A DNA stretch of 64,000 nt from a virus. The stretch lies in the IMG/VR virus record IMGVR_UViG_3300022902_000007; one strand, written 5' to 3'. Positions within the stretch are counted from its first letter, which is position 1; each line of letters begins with the position of its first letter. A program made the position numbers and the translations under genes. Below the pieces are notes generated by a model. That model was not told where the DNA came from. It searched no databases and worked only from the letters and a program-made list of their open reading frames with translations. Shown one piece after another: positions 28,912 through 38,543 of this stretch.

Positions 28912-29269
28912 GGTCCATGTATACTTTGGCAATGGTGAGGAAGTCGTCAAGGAGCATGGTAACATATATAGGCTTGTAGTCGTCTTTGGTGATGGCCACG
29001 GGGACCTTGTTGGACAGACCTTCTTCAATGTCAGAAACGGCTTGACGCATGGCTGCCTTGATGTCTGAGCGTTTATGTCTTTTGAGCTCGAAGTGGAATA
29101 GGTCTTCTGAGTCCTGTCCAATTTCAACATCCGCGACTTCTGCACCGCCTCCTCTAGTTTGCCCCAGGCCACGCTTGAAAGGTCTGTCGAGCCTTTCAGA
29201 AAATAGCTTGGCGATTTCGCGTTCAAAGTTTGCTCCTTTCTGTCTCGCCCCTTTTCCTCTACTTGCCAT
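28877..29269 (-). CDS. Holliday junction resolvase (PD-(D/E)XK)
   Basis: GKGARQKGANFEREIAK...ADV......FELKR motif. Confidence 0.75.
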   Translation of the reverse strand: MASRGKGARQKGANFEREIAKLFSERLDRPFKRGLGQTRGGGAEVADVEIGQDSEDLFHFELKRHKRSDIKAAMRQAVSDIEEGLSNKVPVAITKDDYKPIYVTMLLDDFLTIAKVYMDHVDTQRAQDNK

Positions 29270-29945
29270 GTTTTTCTATCCTTACTGGCTTGGTGATGTC
29301 ATCGAGGAGACCCAGCTCTTTGGCTTCTCCTGCGAAGAAGTATTTCATGGTTACGTCTTCGAAATGTTTACGCCACTTGCGCTGGTTCAGTCCGAAGCCT
29401 TCACGGAAGCACTCCATGTATCTGGCCATGGACTCTGTATATGCTTTGTGTGTAGCTTCGTTCTGTTCCTTGGATCCTACCTGTGGATGATACCACTGGA
29501 CTGGATGATAAAAGAACATGGAGTTGGGGAAGGAGAGCTTCACATCAGCGGCGGCGAGAACAAGGAGTCCGCCGGAGGCGCATTGACCAGTAACAGTCAC
29601 TACGATTGGAGTCGGTAGCATCACCATGGTATCGTACATCGCCAGGGCATCATGGAGTGACCCACCAGGAGTATTCAGGTGTACGTGTATCTGTTCCATC
29701 GGTGCCTGAGATACGAGTTCTAATAGCTGAGAGATGTACACCAGCGATGATCGTTCATTGATGGGGCCATTCATGGCAATGGTCCGTGAACCCTGACCAT
29801 AGAATCGAAGATCATTGGGCCCCCAGTATCCAGAGAGATCAGACAGAGGCTCTTCCTCTTCTTCTCCCTCTTCTTCATTCTCTGTGTTTTCGAGTTCTTC
29901 TGGAGCTGCTTCATCCGAAGAGAAGATTTTTGAGAAGCGATGCAT
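29259..29945 (-). CDS. clpP: ClpP-family protease
   Basis: LNTPGG...DALAMYDTM, G.CASGG (catalytic Ser), FFYHP (catalytic His) and A.EAKELGLLDDI. Confidence 0.85.
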   Translation of the reverse strand: MHRFSKIFSSDEAAPEELENTENEEEGEEEEEPLSDLSGYWGPNDLRFYGQGSRTIAMNGPINERSSLVYISQLLELVSQAPMEQIHVHLNTPGGSLHDALAMYDTMVMLPTPIVVTVTGQCASGGLLVLAAADVKLSFPNSMFFYHPVQWYHPQVGSKEQNEATHKAYTESMARYMECFREGFGLNQRKWRKHFEDVTMKYFFAGEAKELGLLDDITKPVRIEKHGK

Positions 29946-30324
29946 CTATCTTTCCTTTCATTGTATATGGGATTATATGGAAGTCGTATCCAGCCTTTTC
30001 CAAGGTCATTTGTTTCAAACTATCTCTATATTGGATCTCCCTAAAGTCTCGCATTGCATCTGAGTACGATTTGTTTCCAAAGTTGACCATATCATAGTGT
30101 TGCTTCCCATGCAGTTCGAGCACGGCCTGGAGCTCATGTAGATACCAATCAACAAAAAGACTTCCAGAAGAAAAACCATCACAAAGATCGGCCAGCGGAA
30201 CCTCTTGATAGCATCCGAGATTCCTGAAAAATGGGTCATTTATGAATACCTTTCTGACTGCATTGTGAAAATTAGAAGCCGAGTCTATCAACTCGAACTG
30301 ATTTTTCCATTTAAGTTTTGGCAA
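29911..30324 (-). CDS. Vsr/DUF559-like endonuclease
   Basis: QEV......L.VDWYL......LELHGKQHY.....RD..K......G.....I.Y motif. Confidence 0.7.
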   Translation of the reverse strand: MPKLKWKNQFELIDSASNFHNAVRKVFINDPFFRNLGCYQEVPLADLCDGFSSGSLFVDWYLHELQAVLELHGKQHYDMVNFGNKSYSDAMRDFREIQYRDSLKQMTLEKAGYDFHIIPYTMKGKIDASLLKNLLFG

Positions 30325-30619
30325 TCTTCATCTCCCTGTCTGAGCAGATGGCGAGAAGCAGTCCTTTTGAAAAGAGGAATTTATATAAGTCTTCATATTC
30401 TGCTTCTGACTTGACCTCTTTGAATTGGCCAGTAGATGAGTCCCATTCTTCTATGTAGATGTGTCCACCAGGGACATAATGTTTGAATGCCATGTATTCT
30501 TTGAGACCGCGAGCCACTGTGGCAAGATGAAGCCAAGGGCCACCTTTGAATACTTTTGAATCGAGTACCTGACGGACGTCATTTAGCACGATGAATTTAG
30601 TTCCGAATGCTTTGGCCAT
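30311..30619 (-). CDS. hypothetical protein
   Basis: ORF in the coupled - strand chain. Confidence 0.5.
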   Translation of the reverse strand: MAKAFGTKFIVLNDVRQVLDSKVFKGGPWLHLATVARGLKEYMAFKHYVPGGHIYIEEWDSSTGQFKEVKSEAEYEDLYKFLFSKGLLLAICSDREMKIAKT

Positions 30620-30624
30620 TTTGT

Positions 30625-31365
30625 CTACTCCTTGGCTGACAGGATGTTGCATCTGTTGAATAGTTTACATGATCTGTCTGGACAGGGTAGAGTCGGCATC
30701 GAGTAGCCATTTTGTAGAAGTGTAGCCGCTGCTGCGATCTGTCTTTCGAAATTTTTGTTTAGGCGGGTAGTATCATATGTCTGATAGGTAAGGTTGTGTT
30801 TTTCCGTCATTCCAAAGATGTGAGCCCTTGCCTTTGTGTTCCATCCACCCCAATGAAGTCTGACTACCGGGTCCAATTCCTTTAGTTTTAGATAAGTGCA
30901 TGGATCATTTAACAGGTAGTGTGGATCGGCATATGGTGAGAACAGCAGTACGTGAAGAGTTTTGTTGTCTCTGGTTTTTAGAACGCCGGAGAATTCCAGC
31001 TCAACAGTTGCTCGGCCTGCCTTGACACGATGTCTAAAAGGCCCGATGATGGGGTAGTACCTATGCATCGGCAGATATTGGAGGTATTCATCTATCCACA
31101 TGGTGCAATGCCTATGAGCCTCTTCCAACTGTTGTTCGAGGAGGTGCTCTGACTTGTTCAGTACCGTGAGAGATCGCAAGAGACAGCTTTGCAGGGACCT
31201 CAGTGGGTCGTGCAGCTCGTTCCGAAGTGTCTTTACGATAATTGCTTCAACGGTTCTTTTTACGACTCTTAGATGGAATCTTGGTTCTCTTAGATTTCCT
31301 CTTTGATACTTTCGGGCGCATTGAAGGAAGGTTCTGAGTTCGTCTTCCTTTAGATGTTTTTTCAA
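30625..31365 (-). CDS. Cas4/AddB-like Fe-S staple protein, possibly catalytically degenerate
   Basis: N-terminal FLQCARKY and C-terminal C....C.....C; no clear D..D.K catalytic motif. Confidence 0.45.
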   Translation of the reverse strand: MKKHLKEDELRTFLQCARKYQRGNLREPRFHLRVVKRTVEAIIVKTLRNELHDPLRSLQSCLLRSLTVLNKSEHLLEQQLEEAHRHCTMWIDEYLQYLPMHRYYPIIGPFRHRVKAGRATVELEFSGVLKTRDNKTLHVLLFSPYADPHYLLNDPCTYLKLKELDPVVRLHWGGWNTKARAHIFGMTEKHNLTYQTYDTTRLNKNFERQIAAAATLLQNGYSMPTLPCPDRSCKLFNRCNILSAKE

Positions 31366-31756
31366 TTCTCTTCCCCCTTCTTCTTATTCTTTCTACGAGG
31401 TCTCTTGCCATGGAGATTCTGTTGGATCTGAACATTCTTCTTAGTTCGCCGATCCATTTGTTCTTGGGTATCGCACCGCCATGTACTCCCCGTCTTGATA
31501 TATGACAAGACTTACAGAGAGTTATCCCCTGAGAAGTGTCGTAGGCATGTTGCGGTCTATAGAACTTGGACAATACGTGATGGGCTTGTGGATTTTTCTT
31601 TGAGCCGCAAAGCTGACATCGGAATCCATCTCTTTCTCTAACGGCCATACTGAATGCTTGAAGAGCAGTTGGTGACAGCTTGGGCCTCAGTCTTGGTGGC
31701 TTCGGTTTCCAAGGTTTCCTCTTGCGTACATTCTTTGTATAGCCGCGCCTAATCAA
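31247..31756 (-). CDS. HNH endonuclease
   Basis: V.ERDGFRCQLCG.....AHH.............GITLCKSCH motif. Confidence 0.85.
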   Translation of the reverse strand: MIRRGYTKNVRKRKPWKPKPPRLRPKLSPTALQAFSMAVRERDGFRCQLCGSKKNPQAHHVLSKFYRPQHAYDTSQGITLCKSCHISRRGVHGGAIPKNKWIGELRRMFRSNRISMARDLVERIRRRGKRIEKTSKGRRTQNLPSMRPKVSKRKSKRTKIPSKSRKKNR

Positions 31757-32592
31757 AACTTTGTACTCACCGTGAGATCTATTGTCTTGTCAAGACTGGT
31801 TGAGAAGGATGCTCCTGTCCCTATCCACAGATCATCTATTATAGGCAGAGGTTTTCCAACATTGTAGGAGATCAGATCTATACCTGCATAGAGTTTCCCA
31901 TTACCAATAGTTAGCCGTGGAGACAGATTGTCCATTGTGGGCAGTGGATGTAACCAGGGGGCCGAGGCTCCAACCGAGGCATCGAGCGTAGGCAGTGAGA
32001 ACATTCCCACCATTGCAATTTGAAGTCCAAAAGTCTTGTGAGTATTCTGCTCGTACACAGTGAAGTCTGAGACCGGAAGGTCATAAGTGTTTCCAGGAGA
32101 CAGACTGGACATGGCGATGAGCTTGGTAGCCGAGTTCTCTTCAGTTATGGTCGTGATGGATTTAAACTTCAGGTCAGCGGCTGCGAGGTCAAAGCCTGCT
32201 TCTGATTCAGCGATATAGGCAACTGGTAATCCACACTCAAGAGTGAATGTGTAGTTTCTGGGACATTCCGGAAAAGTTTCTGCCACGCCCACAGTTACAG
32301 TCTCTACTCTGGTGATGTATCGAACATCTGCAGGCAAGGCCTTTAGCTGGGCAAGCTGTTGCTTCAGGACTTTCGCCTCTTCAGTCTGCTCGGACAGAAG
32401 TTTGTTTATTCTCAAGTTTTCATTGTCTGCTATGGAGATGTCTTCATCAAACTCTATACCCATGTTCTCTATAATGGCTTCGTATTCAGCTTCAGTCTCT
32501 GAGCTACCATCACACTTGCCGACAATGAAGGCAAGGCCCAGTATCAGCAAGAAGACTATTACGGCGAAAACATCTTTTAGCAGTTTCTGCAT
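31753..32592 (-). CDS. envelope protein (N-terminal TM/lipobox-like segment, coiled coil, beta-rich C-terminus)
   Basis: Hydrophobic N-terminus ending FIVGKC; C-terminal alternating beta-strands ending in Phe. Confidence 0.5.
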   Translation of the reverse strand: MQKLLKDVFAVIVFLLILGLAFIVGKCDGSSETEAEYEAIIENMGIEFDEDISIADNENLRINKLLSEQTEEAKVLKQQLAQLKALPADVRYITRVETVTVGVAETFPECPRNYTFTLECGLPVAYIAESEAGFDLAAADLKFKSITTITEENSATKLIAMSSLSPGNTYDLPVSDFTVYEQNTHKTFGLQIAMVGMFSLPTLDASVGASAPWLHPLPTMDNLSPRLTIGNGKLYAGIDLISYNVGKPLPIIDDLWIGTGASFSTSLDKTIDLTVSTKF

Positions 32593-32594
32593 AG

Positions 32595-32831
32595 CTACTC
32601 CAGAAAAACATACCCATCTATTTCGAGTCGTGTACCAGCGAAGCCTGTGTCATGGTCTATGAACTCTGTTCCGTTGAATCTGGTGACGAAGTATTCCGTG
32701 AGAGTGCTTTTGTGTACCCTTACCAAATACCAATGGCCGTTTCTTGGTGAACCATCTGTTGGCTCAGTCCACCTAATCACTCTTCCCCCAACGTCCAGCA
32801 GGCTTCTTCTTGGTTGCTTGGCCTGACTCAA
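32595..32831 (-). CDS. hypothetical protein
   Basis: Small ORF in the chain. Confidence 0.45.
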   Translation of the reverse strand: MSQAKQPRRSLLDVGGRVIRWTEPTDGSPRNGHWYLVRVHKSTLTEYFVTRFNGTEFIDHDTGFAGTRLEIDGYVFLE

Positions 32832-33084
32832 CGAGTTCCTTGATGTGTTTATTGAGATAGATTGGAACTATCTCGAAGCTGTTCACCTTTGCATCTGCGG
32901 CTTTCATGACATAGTACTGCTGAGGCTGTCTCTCGGTATCTGGAATCACTGTGATTAGATCTCGTATTTGAAGGACCTTGATGATTCGCGGCAGTGGGTT
33001 CCTGAGGTTCATGTTCCCAGCTTCCATGTAGTAAAACTTATCGTCTTTTACACAGTGAACGCCGAGGGTGTCATTTTCTAGCAT
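32773..33084 (-). CDS. hypothetical protein
   Basis: Small ORF in the chain. Confidence 0.5.
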   Translation of the reverse strand: MLENDTLGVHCVKDDKFYYMEAGNMNLRNPLPRIIKVLQIRDLITVIPDTERQPQQYYVMKAADAKVNSFEIVPIYLNKHIKELVESGQATKKKPAGRWGKSD

Positions 33085-33086
33085 TG

Positions 33087-33467
33087 TTATATCCTGATGG
33101 AGTCGTGGTCAAAATGTTGTGTACTTGCCTCAATCAATATGACTTGAAGTTCTCCAGCAGTCATTGAGTGTGGCATTCCTGGAGGGACTTCAAAGCCGGC
33201 TCCTTTGGGGAGCCATTGTTGAAACTTGTTTCGATTACCGTCTTCGTATTGTAGCAAAACTTTACCGTCAGCCACATAAAATGCTTCACTCTTAATGAGA
33301 TGAAGATGTTTCTTTACGGTTCTACCGGGCTTTATGACCAAAGCCTTCATACAGAAGTCTTCGCCATTGTGGTAGATGAGCTCATACCCCCAGTCTTTAG
33401 AAACGTGATCTGGAGAGATGCTTCCGCCTGCTTTGTTAGAGACGAACACTGGTTGATGGATCTCCAT
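33087..33467 (-). CDS. cupin-domain protein (sugar-phosphate isomerase-like)
   Basis: V.KDWGYE, H.H..K.E.FYV..G and PPG.PH cupin motifs. Confidence 0.8.
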   Translation of the reverse strand: MEIHQPVFVSNKAGGSISPDHVSKDWGYELIYHNGEDFCMKALVIKPGRTVKKHLHLIKSEAFYVADGKVLLQYEDGNRNKFQQWLPKGAGFEVPPGMPHSMTAGELQVILIEASTQHFDHDSIRI

Positions 33468-33780
33468 TGAGAGTGGCTCCTATTGATTCTTCCAGATCGT
33501 ACAGTAGCATGTCTTTCTTGAAGAAGTCATATTCCCCGTCTGGGGTTGCAGCATGCTCGATATCGAGTATCTCCCATTTCTTCTTGAAGGAAGAGTATGC
33601 GCGTTCAATACTTCTGAGTTGAGTTAGCCAACAGGCAAGTTGTATATGATCTGCTTGACAGATGGTGGGTTTGGTAGTTGGTTCGGTGGCTATGTGAATA
33701 CTATGCTCGATAGCTTCGCTTATTGACATGCGTTGGGACCAAATTTCCTCAGGGTATTTTAGAGTCTTATTGATCGTCAT
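33436..33780 (-). CDS. hypothetical protein (H.QL..WLTQL paralogue)
   Basis: Shares the motif with the adjacent gene. Confidence 0.55.
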   Translation of the reverse strand: MTINKTLKYPEEIWSQRMSISEAIEHSIHIATEPTTKPTICQADHIQLACWLTQLRSIERAYSSFKKKWEILDIEHAATPDGEYDFFKKDMLLYDLEESIGATLNGDPSTSVRL

Positions 33781-34045
33781 TGAAAGCCTCTCTCATGGTG
33801 TCGAACAGCATAGACAATGCTTCATCTTCAATATAGCCTGCAAGGCGTTCGTCTTCGTCTCTTGCCGATTGGGCCCGACACAACTCGTTTTCTGTGTACT
33901 TATATTCTTCTTTTATGTTCTTGAGTTGAGTCAACCATATGACAAGCTGCAAGTGTCTCGAATCGTCTGGTGACAATACCATGACATGTCCGCCCTCTGT
34001 TGGCAGCTTGTCGAGGTAGTACTGGATTGTCTCATCAATCGTCAT
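33767..34045 (-). CDS. hypothetical protein (H.QL..WLTQL paralogue)
   Basis: Shares the motif with the adjacent gene. Confidence 0.55.
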   Translation of the reverse strand: MTIDETIQYYLDKLPTEGGHVMVLSPDDSRHLQLVIWLTQLKNIKEEYKYTENELCRAQSARDEDERLAGYIEDEALSMLFDTMREAFNDDQ

Positions 34046-35054
34046 TGTATGTCTCCAGCTTCTTTTGCACACTCAGTAAGCATGGCTATTAGCTTTGGAA
34101 AGTCTTCGCGCGTGAAATAGAACGAGTTCCCTTTCCATTTTTCGTATACCTCTGGACTGGCAGGACCGATGTTGAGCTGGTATCCCTGCTCTCCGAAGCA
34201 TATCGCCCTGATGAAGTAGCCTCTGCATTGTATGCCGCCAGTGGCTATCGGCCATAATCCGGATGGCTCAGGCATCGTCTTCACACAGCTCTAACAGTAA
34301 TCCGGCGAGCTTTTTTGCTTCTGCCGATGACATGAAGTATAGCTCTGCGCTTCGTGGATTGCCTGGATCCCAAGATATTGACAGGGTAACCATCGGCTGC
34401 ATTGGTTCACGGTCATGCTGCAGGCTTACAGAATATCCACTCATTTCCATTGTTTTTGTGTTCATGATTGCTCCGGGTGATAGCCATAATTGGGCCAATT
34501 AGCATACTCTCTATGATATTCACCGAATATTCGGCCGAACATTTCCCATTCAAAAGGCTTTGTACTCACTAATTTTATCTCTGGATATGCCCCTACTTCG
34601 GATACTTCGTTAGCACATCGGAAGTGTTGAGCAAGGCTGATAGCGAGCGACCCAATGTTATTATTTGCGGGGTGTTCTGTTTCAATGGGGATCTGCTTCA
34701 ATAGCTTATATGGAATCTTGAAGACCAGGCCCACTTTGGTTAGAGAAAATAGCCGTTGCTTCACTTTTATTAGCAAACGATCTTCTGCTTCCCAGAACTG
34801 AATGTCAATCGTTCCTTGCTCGTAACGCTTGAGCCATTCCTTCAGTGTTTTGATTTGTCTGGCAGGTTTCATTTTGGATCCTCATAGTTCTTGATGGCCT
34901 TGGCCAGTGCTTCTATTAATTGTTTCACCTCTTCAATTGAGAGTTCTACAGCAGCTGATTGGCCAGCTCTATAGTCTTCAATTTCTATCCAGAGGCCCTC
35001 GTTTTCATATGGCCTTGTAATGTTGACTTCCGTGCCTTCGCTTGTAGTGATCAT
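34042..35054 (-). CDS. run of four small hypothetical genes (34042-34284, 34268-34465, 34462-34872, 34869-35054)
   Basis: Short-overlap/ATGA-coupled small ORFs. Confidence 0.5.
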
Positions 35055-35785
35055 TTAGATGCTCCATATGTATTCCACAGCTTCAGCAAGTCTTCCTTGT
35101 GAGGGCGCTTTGAAGGACACTGGGTAAACTTCTTGTATGGTTCAGTACACATACCATCTGCATTTTCATGACAGGCAGGTACGAGATATGCTGCAAGGAA
35201 TGGGGAGACAGTCTTGACTTCACTCTTTAGTTTCGCCGCGAGGAATCTCGCTTCCCATTGGGCTTGAGAACAGAGCCTCTTGTGACAGAAGTTTCTAAGG
35301 GCCTCGTATGAGAACGAGGTAGTGAGGTTGGTTGTTGTCGCGCCGGGCAAAACAAAACGAGCATCTTCATTTGGGATGTCCAGATCCTGAAGTCGTTCGT
35401 AAGCATTGCCACAGTCATTCATGTGCATGTGGAATTCAGCTTCAGCCACCCCTCTCAAATAGGGTGGCGTGACATTCCCAAAATTTCTTCCGTCTACATA
35501 CCTCTGAGACTGTTGAGAGTGAGGGACTCCTACAGTATGCCTGACCAATTGATGAGACAGTACTCGGCTAATGCCTGATACTCCAAAGGTAAAGTTGACG
35601 TGACGCTGAGGAGAAGCATGTTTAGTCTTGAACATTTCAGCAATAAATGATTCGATTCTCTCGTCAGAGAGCGCATGAGCCTTCTTCCATAATTGTTGAG
35701 GTGTGAATTTAGAATAACATGTACGGTAGGCTACCCACATGACCCTGGCAGGACTTGGGGTGTTCGTCAGGAGAGAGATGTTCAT
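35051..35785 (-). CDS. thyX: FAD-dependent thymidylate synthase
   Basis: H.SP..H, GISR..SHQLVRH......SQQSQRY, EDARFVLP and RLC..AQWE.R motifs. Confidence 0.92.
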   Translation of the reverse strand: MNISLLTNTPSPARVMWVAYRTCYSKFTPQQLWKKAHALSDERIESFIAEMFKTKHASPQRHVNFTFGVSGISRVLSHQLVRHTVGVPHSQQSQRYVDGRNFGNVTPPYLRGVAEAEFHMHMNDCGNAYERLQDLDIPNEDARFVLPGATTTNLTTSFSYEALRNFCHKRLCSQAQWEARFLAAKLKSEVKTVSPFLAAYLVPACHENADGMCTEPYKKFTQCPSKRPHKEDLLKLWNTYGASK

Positions 35786-37466
35786 CGCTCTTCCTCGTAA
35801 GAGGTTATATCTTCGATGAGTCTTTGCTTCCGAAGCTCATAGCCATCGAGACCATCTAATGACATAGTCATGTCTGCATGGTCATCAAGGATTTCCTTGA
35901 AAAGGCTCCTGATCATGCCCGTCATGAGGTCGAGGATGTGTGCTGTCAATTTTATTGATGTCATTTGAGCCAGCTCTTCTTTTGTCCAGAGCAGAGACGC
36001 AGTCTGGGTCTCCCAGTAGGGACCTGGTTCTAAGCAACATCTTATTGAGTATGTGGAAGGGATCTGGTCAGTGGCTGGCTTGACGGATATAACTATGTCA
36101 AAAAGCTCTTGCGTCCATGGCTGGACTTCCTGCAGAAACTGGATTTCCTTGGATAAGAAGTCTATTGCCTCTTGATAAAAATCTCTTTTGTTTGTGGACT
36201 TCATTAGTCGTTCCTTTTGGTTCTTTTGAGTGGCCATGGAAGGTCGTGGTGCTTGGCATAGCCCATGGCCAGCCCCCAAACAGATCTTGTGTCTCGTTCT
36301 TCACAAGAGTCTATTCTTTTGAGTACCTCCTTCCACTTGATACCTGGATCGTCTGCGTACATTTCATAGGCTTGTTTCCCGATGGTAAGCTTCGGCGGAA
36401 CATACTCAGGCACATTCGCCGGCGGCCATGGCAGATCATGTGCAATGGCATACCTCCAAGCTTTCTTCCAGGTCATGGTCCTGGATCTCCCTGGCAGGGG
36501 GTCTGTCCACTCAGAGACTTCTTCATAGGCTGCTTTGTGTTCTGCTATTCTTCTATTTGTAGTTATCTGGTAGGTAGATACGGGGACAAGCAGTTCGAGT
36601 CTTAGTTGTCTCGCCCGTTCTATACATATTTCAAGTGTCTTTGCTGCTTCGGTGTCTGTTTGAGCAGATAGAATCTTTCTTCTTCTTTGTGTTTCTGACA
36701 TGTCATTCCTCGTGTGTCTCTTCATGAATTGCCGATGCGGCCCTCAGCATATAGTTTGACAAGTTCTTGTAGCCTCTCTCTGTTGATTCTTCAGAGAAGC
36801 CTCTGTACTTGGTTCTTGCAGCGAATACGCGAGTTGGCTCTGAGTCGGACTTCCCTTTTGGAGCCTCGAACACAAGGCACCAGCCGAAGACATGTAACAG
36901 TTGATTGGCGAGGAACAACATTCCAGAGTTTCTGAAATCAAGCCATGATTCTTCTCTAAATCTCTTGTCTGTTTTGTTGTATATGCTCATTCTACCATCC
37001 ATCGAATTCAGGCAAAGCCGAAGCTTCTTCTTCAGTCATTTCGACAATTGAAAGCTTGATCTCGTTATTCAATTCCAAGAGGTCTTCCTCAATGGAATCG
37101 AAGATGCTCTGCTTGAGATATTCGCTGTTAGCCGTGTTCGCTTCACGTCCAGTCAAAGTCAGTTTGCCTGCGTTCCATGATAGGTTTTCAATTTGAATAT
37201 ATTTGGGCATATTATTACTCCTTGAGACATTCCTCGTAGGGTTTGAGTTTCTGCGTCACCACATGCGGGAACTTGTGTTCGTTTGTCATGGCGAAGGCAG
37301 TATGAAGTGCAACCAGATAGTATATGTGCTCATGAAGCTCTGGATGATTCTCCAGCTCTTCTGCGATTGACAGTAGTCTGTTGGTGTGGAGGTTGCAGAG
37401 GTCGCCCCTGAAGAACACCCCTCTCCAGTCGTCTCCGAATACCATTGGGCCAGTTTGAGCTCTCAT
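35782..37466 (-). CDS. run of five hypothetical genes (35782-36204, 36204-36725, 36703-37002, 36992-37210, 37215-37466)
   Basis: Contiguous - strand ORFs with overlapping or closely spaced stop/start codons. Confidence 0.5.
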
Positions 37467-37852
37467 TCGGAACCTGCCTCACCAAACTCAAGACGGAACT
37501 TGCTTGGGTCCAGCTTTACTCCATATTCACTCTGGATATAGTCTGCCAACTCTTTGGCGATTTCACTTACCCTCATGTCTTTGTTGAGTTGGTTAGCTGC
37601 ATCGATGCCGACGATACCAAAGCAGTCGTAGTTATTCGTGGCGACAATTCTTTTGTCAAGGGTGAAGATGCCATAGCCTCCGCATCCTCCAGACCAAGAC
37701 CACTTCGCCCACTCTTCAGAACCTTCTGTTGGTACTCCCAGTTTTTGCATTAGCTGGTCATACCTTATGAAGCCGACTTCACCTGCGGTGAATCCTACAA
37801 TTACAAAGCTCGATGAGCTGCTGTTGCTGACGAAACTTGTTCTAATCTTCAT
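37463..37852 (-). CDS. NSSSSS-leader protein 1
   Basis: Begins MKIRTSFVSNSSSSSFVI. Confidence 0.85.
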   Translation of the reverse strand: MKIRTSFVSNSSSSSFVIVGFTAGEVGFIRYDQLMQKLGVPTEGSEEWAKWSWSGGCGGYGIFTLDKRIVATNNYDCFGIVGIDAANQLNKDMRVSEIAKELADYIQSEYGVKLDPSKFRLEFGEAGSE

Positions 37853-37854
37853 TT

Positions 37855-38157
37855 TTAGAAATCCACATCTACTGTGAAGCTATCGGGATCGTTCTTTCTG
37901 GCTGCACTGCAGAAGTCTTCAAGGGCTTCAATCTCTTCATCGTCCATTTCTGCGCACCAGGAATAGTCTGGGCTGTGCCAAGTGTCATATCCCATCATCT
38001 TGTGTCCGAGGATGGTCTGTGAGTACCAGTGCTCTTTGATTAGATCTCTGTTTTCAGGGCACTCTGATTCCAGAGTCTCTTGCCACTTCTCTTCGGTGAC
38101 GAACACGACAAAGGAAGAAGATGAACTGTTGCTTACAAAGTTGTGTCTGATTTTCAT
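37855..38157 (-). CDS. NSSSSS-leader protein 2
   Basis: Begins MKIRHNFVSNSSSSSFVV. Confidence 0.85.
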   Translation of the reverse strand: MKIRHNFVSNSSSSSFVVFVTEEKWQETLESECPENRDLIKEHWYSQTILGHKMMGYDTWHSPDYSWCAEMDDEEIEALEDFCSAARKNDPDSFTVDVDF

Positions 38158-38543
38158 CCGTAATATACCTCTGTGATTGCTTGGATGTCTTTGATGGTGA
38201 AAGTGATTCCTCGGAGCTCAGTCAGCTCTTCGGCGATCTCTTCCTTATACCCTTTTAGTGTTTGGCCTGGCTTCATGCTGAATGGTGACTTCCCGATGTA
38301 AATGGTCGAGCCGTCCCACTCAGGGACATATGTAGACAAGGAATGGCCTATCCCTTGGTCAAGATACTCTTCGAGCCCTTGTTCACATTCTCTTTCTTCT
38401 CCCTCCCGCTCATATTTGTAGACATCCCAGCCTGGCTTTGTGTCATTTAGATAGGCTTCGAATTCTTCTACATCCAAGGCAGACCCCCAGACTACGAACG
38501 AGCTGGAGCTTGAATTAGATACGAATGATTGACGTGTTTTCAT
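38154..38543 (-). CDS. NSSSSS-leader protein 3
   Basis: Begins MKTRQSFVSNSSSSSFVV. Confidence 0.85.
   Translation of the reverse strand: MKTRQSFVSNSSSSSFVVWGSALDVEEFEAYLNDTKPGWDVYKYEREGEERECEQGLEEYLDQGIGHSLSTYVPEWDGSTIYIGKSPFSMKPGQTLKGYKEEIAEELTELRGITFTIKDIQAITEVYYG

Noticed and set aside
28912-29226. 312-aa ORF as a true long overlapping gene with the resolvase
   Set aside because: The upstream 105 codons are an alternative frame of the resolvase with non-protein-like composition; ATG 28911 is the more plausible start.
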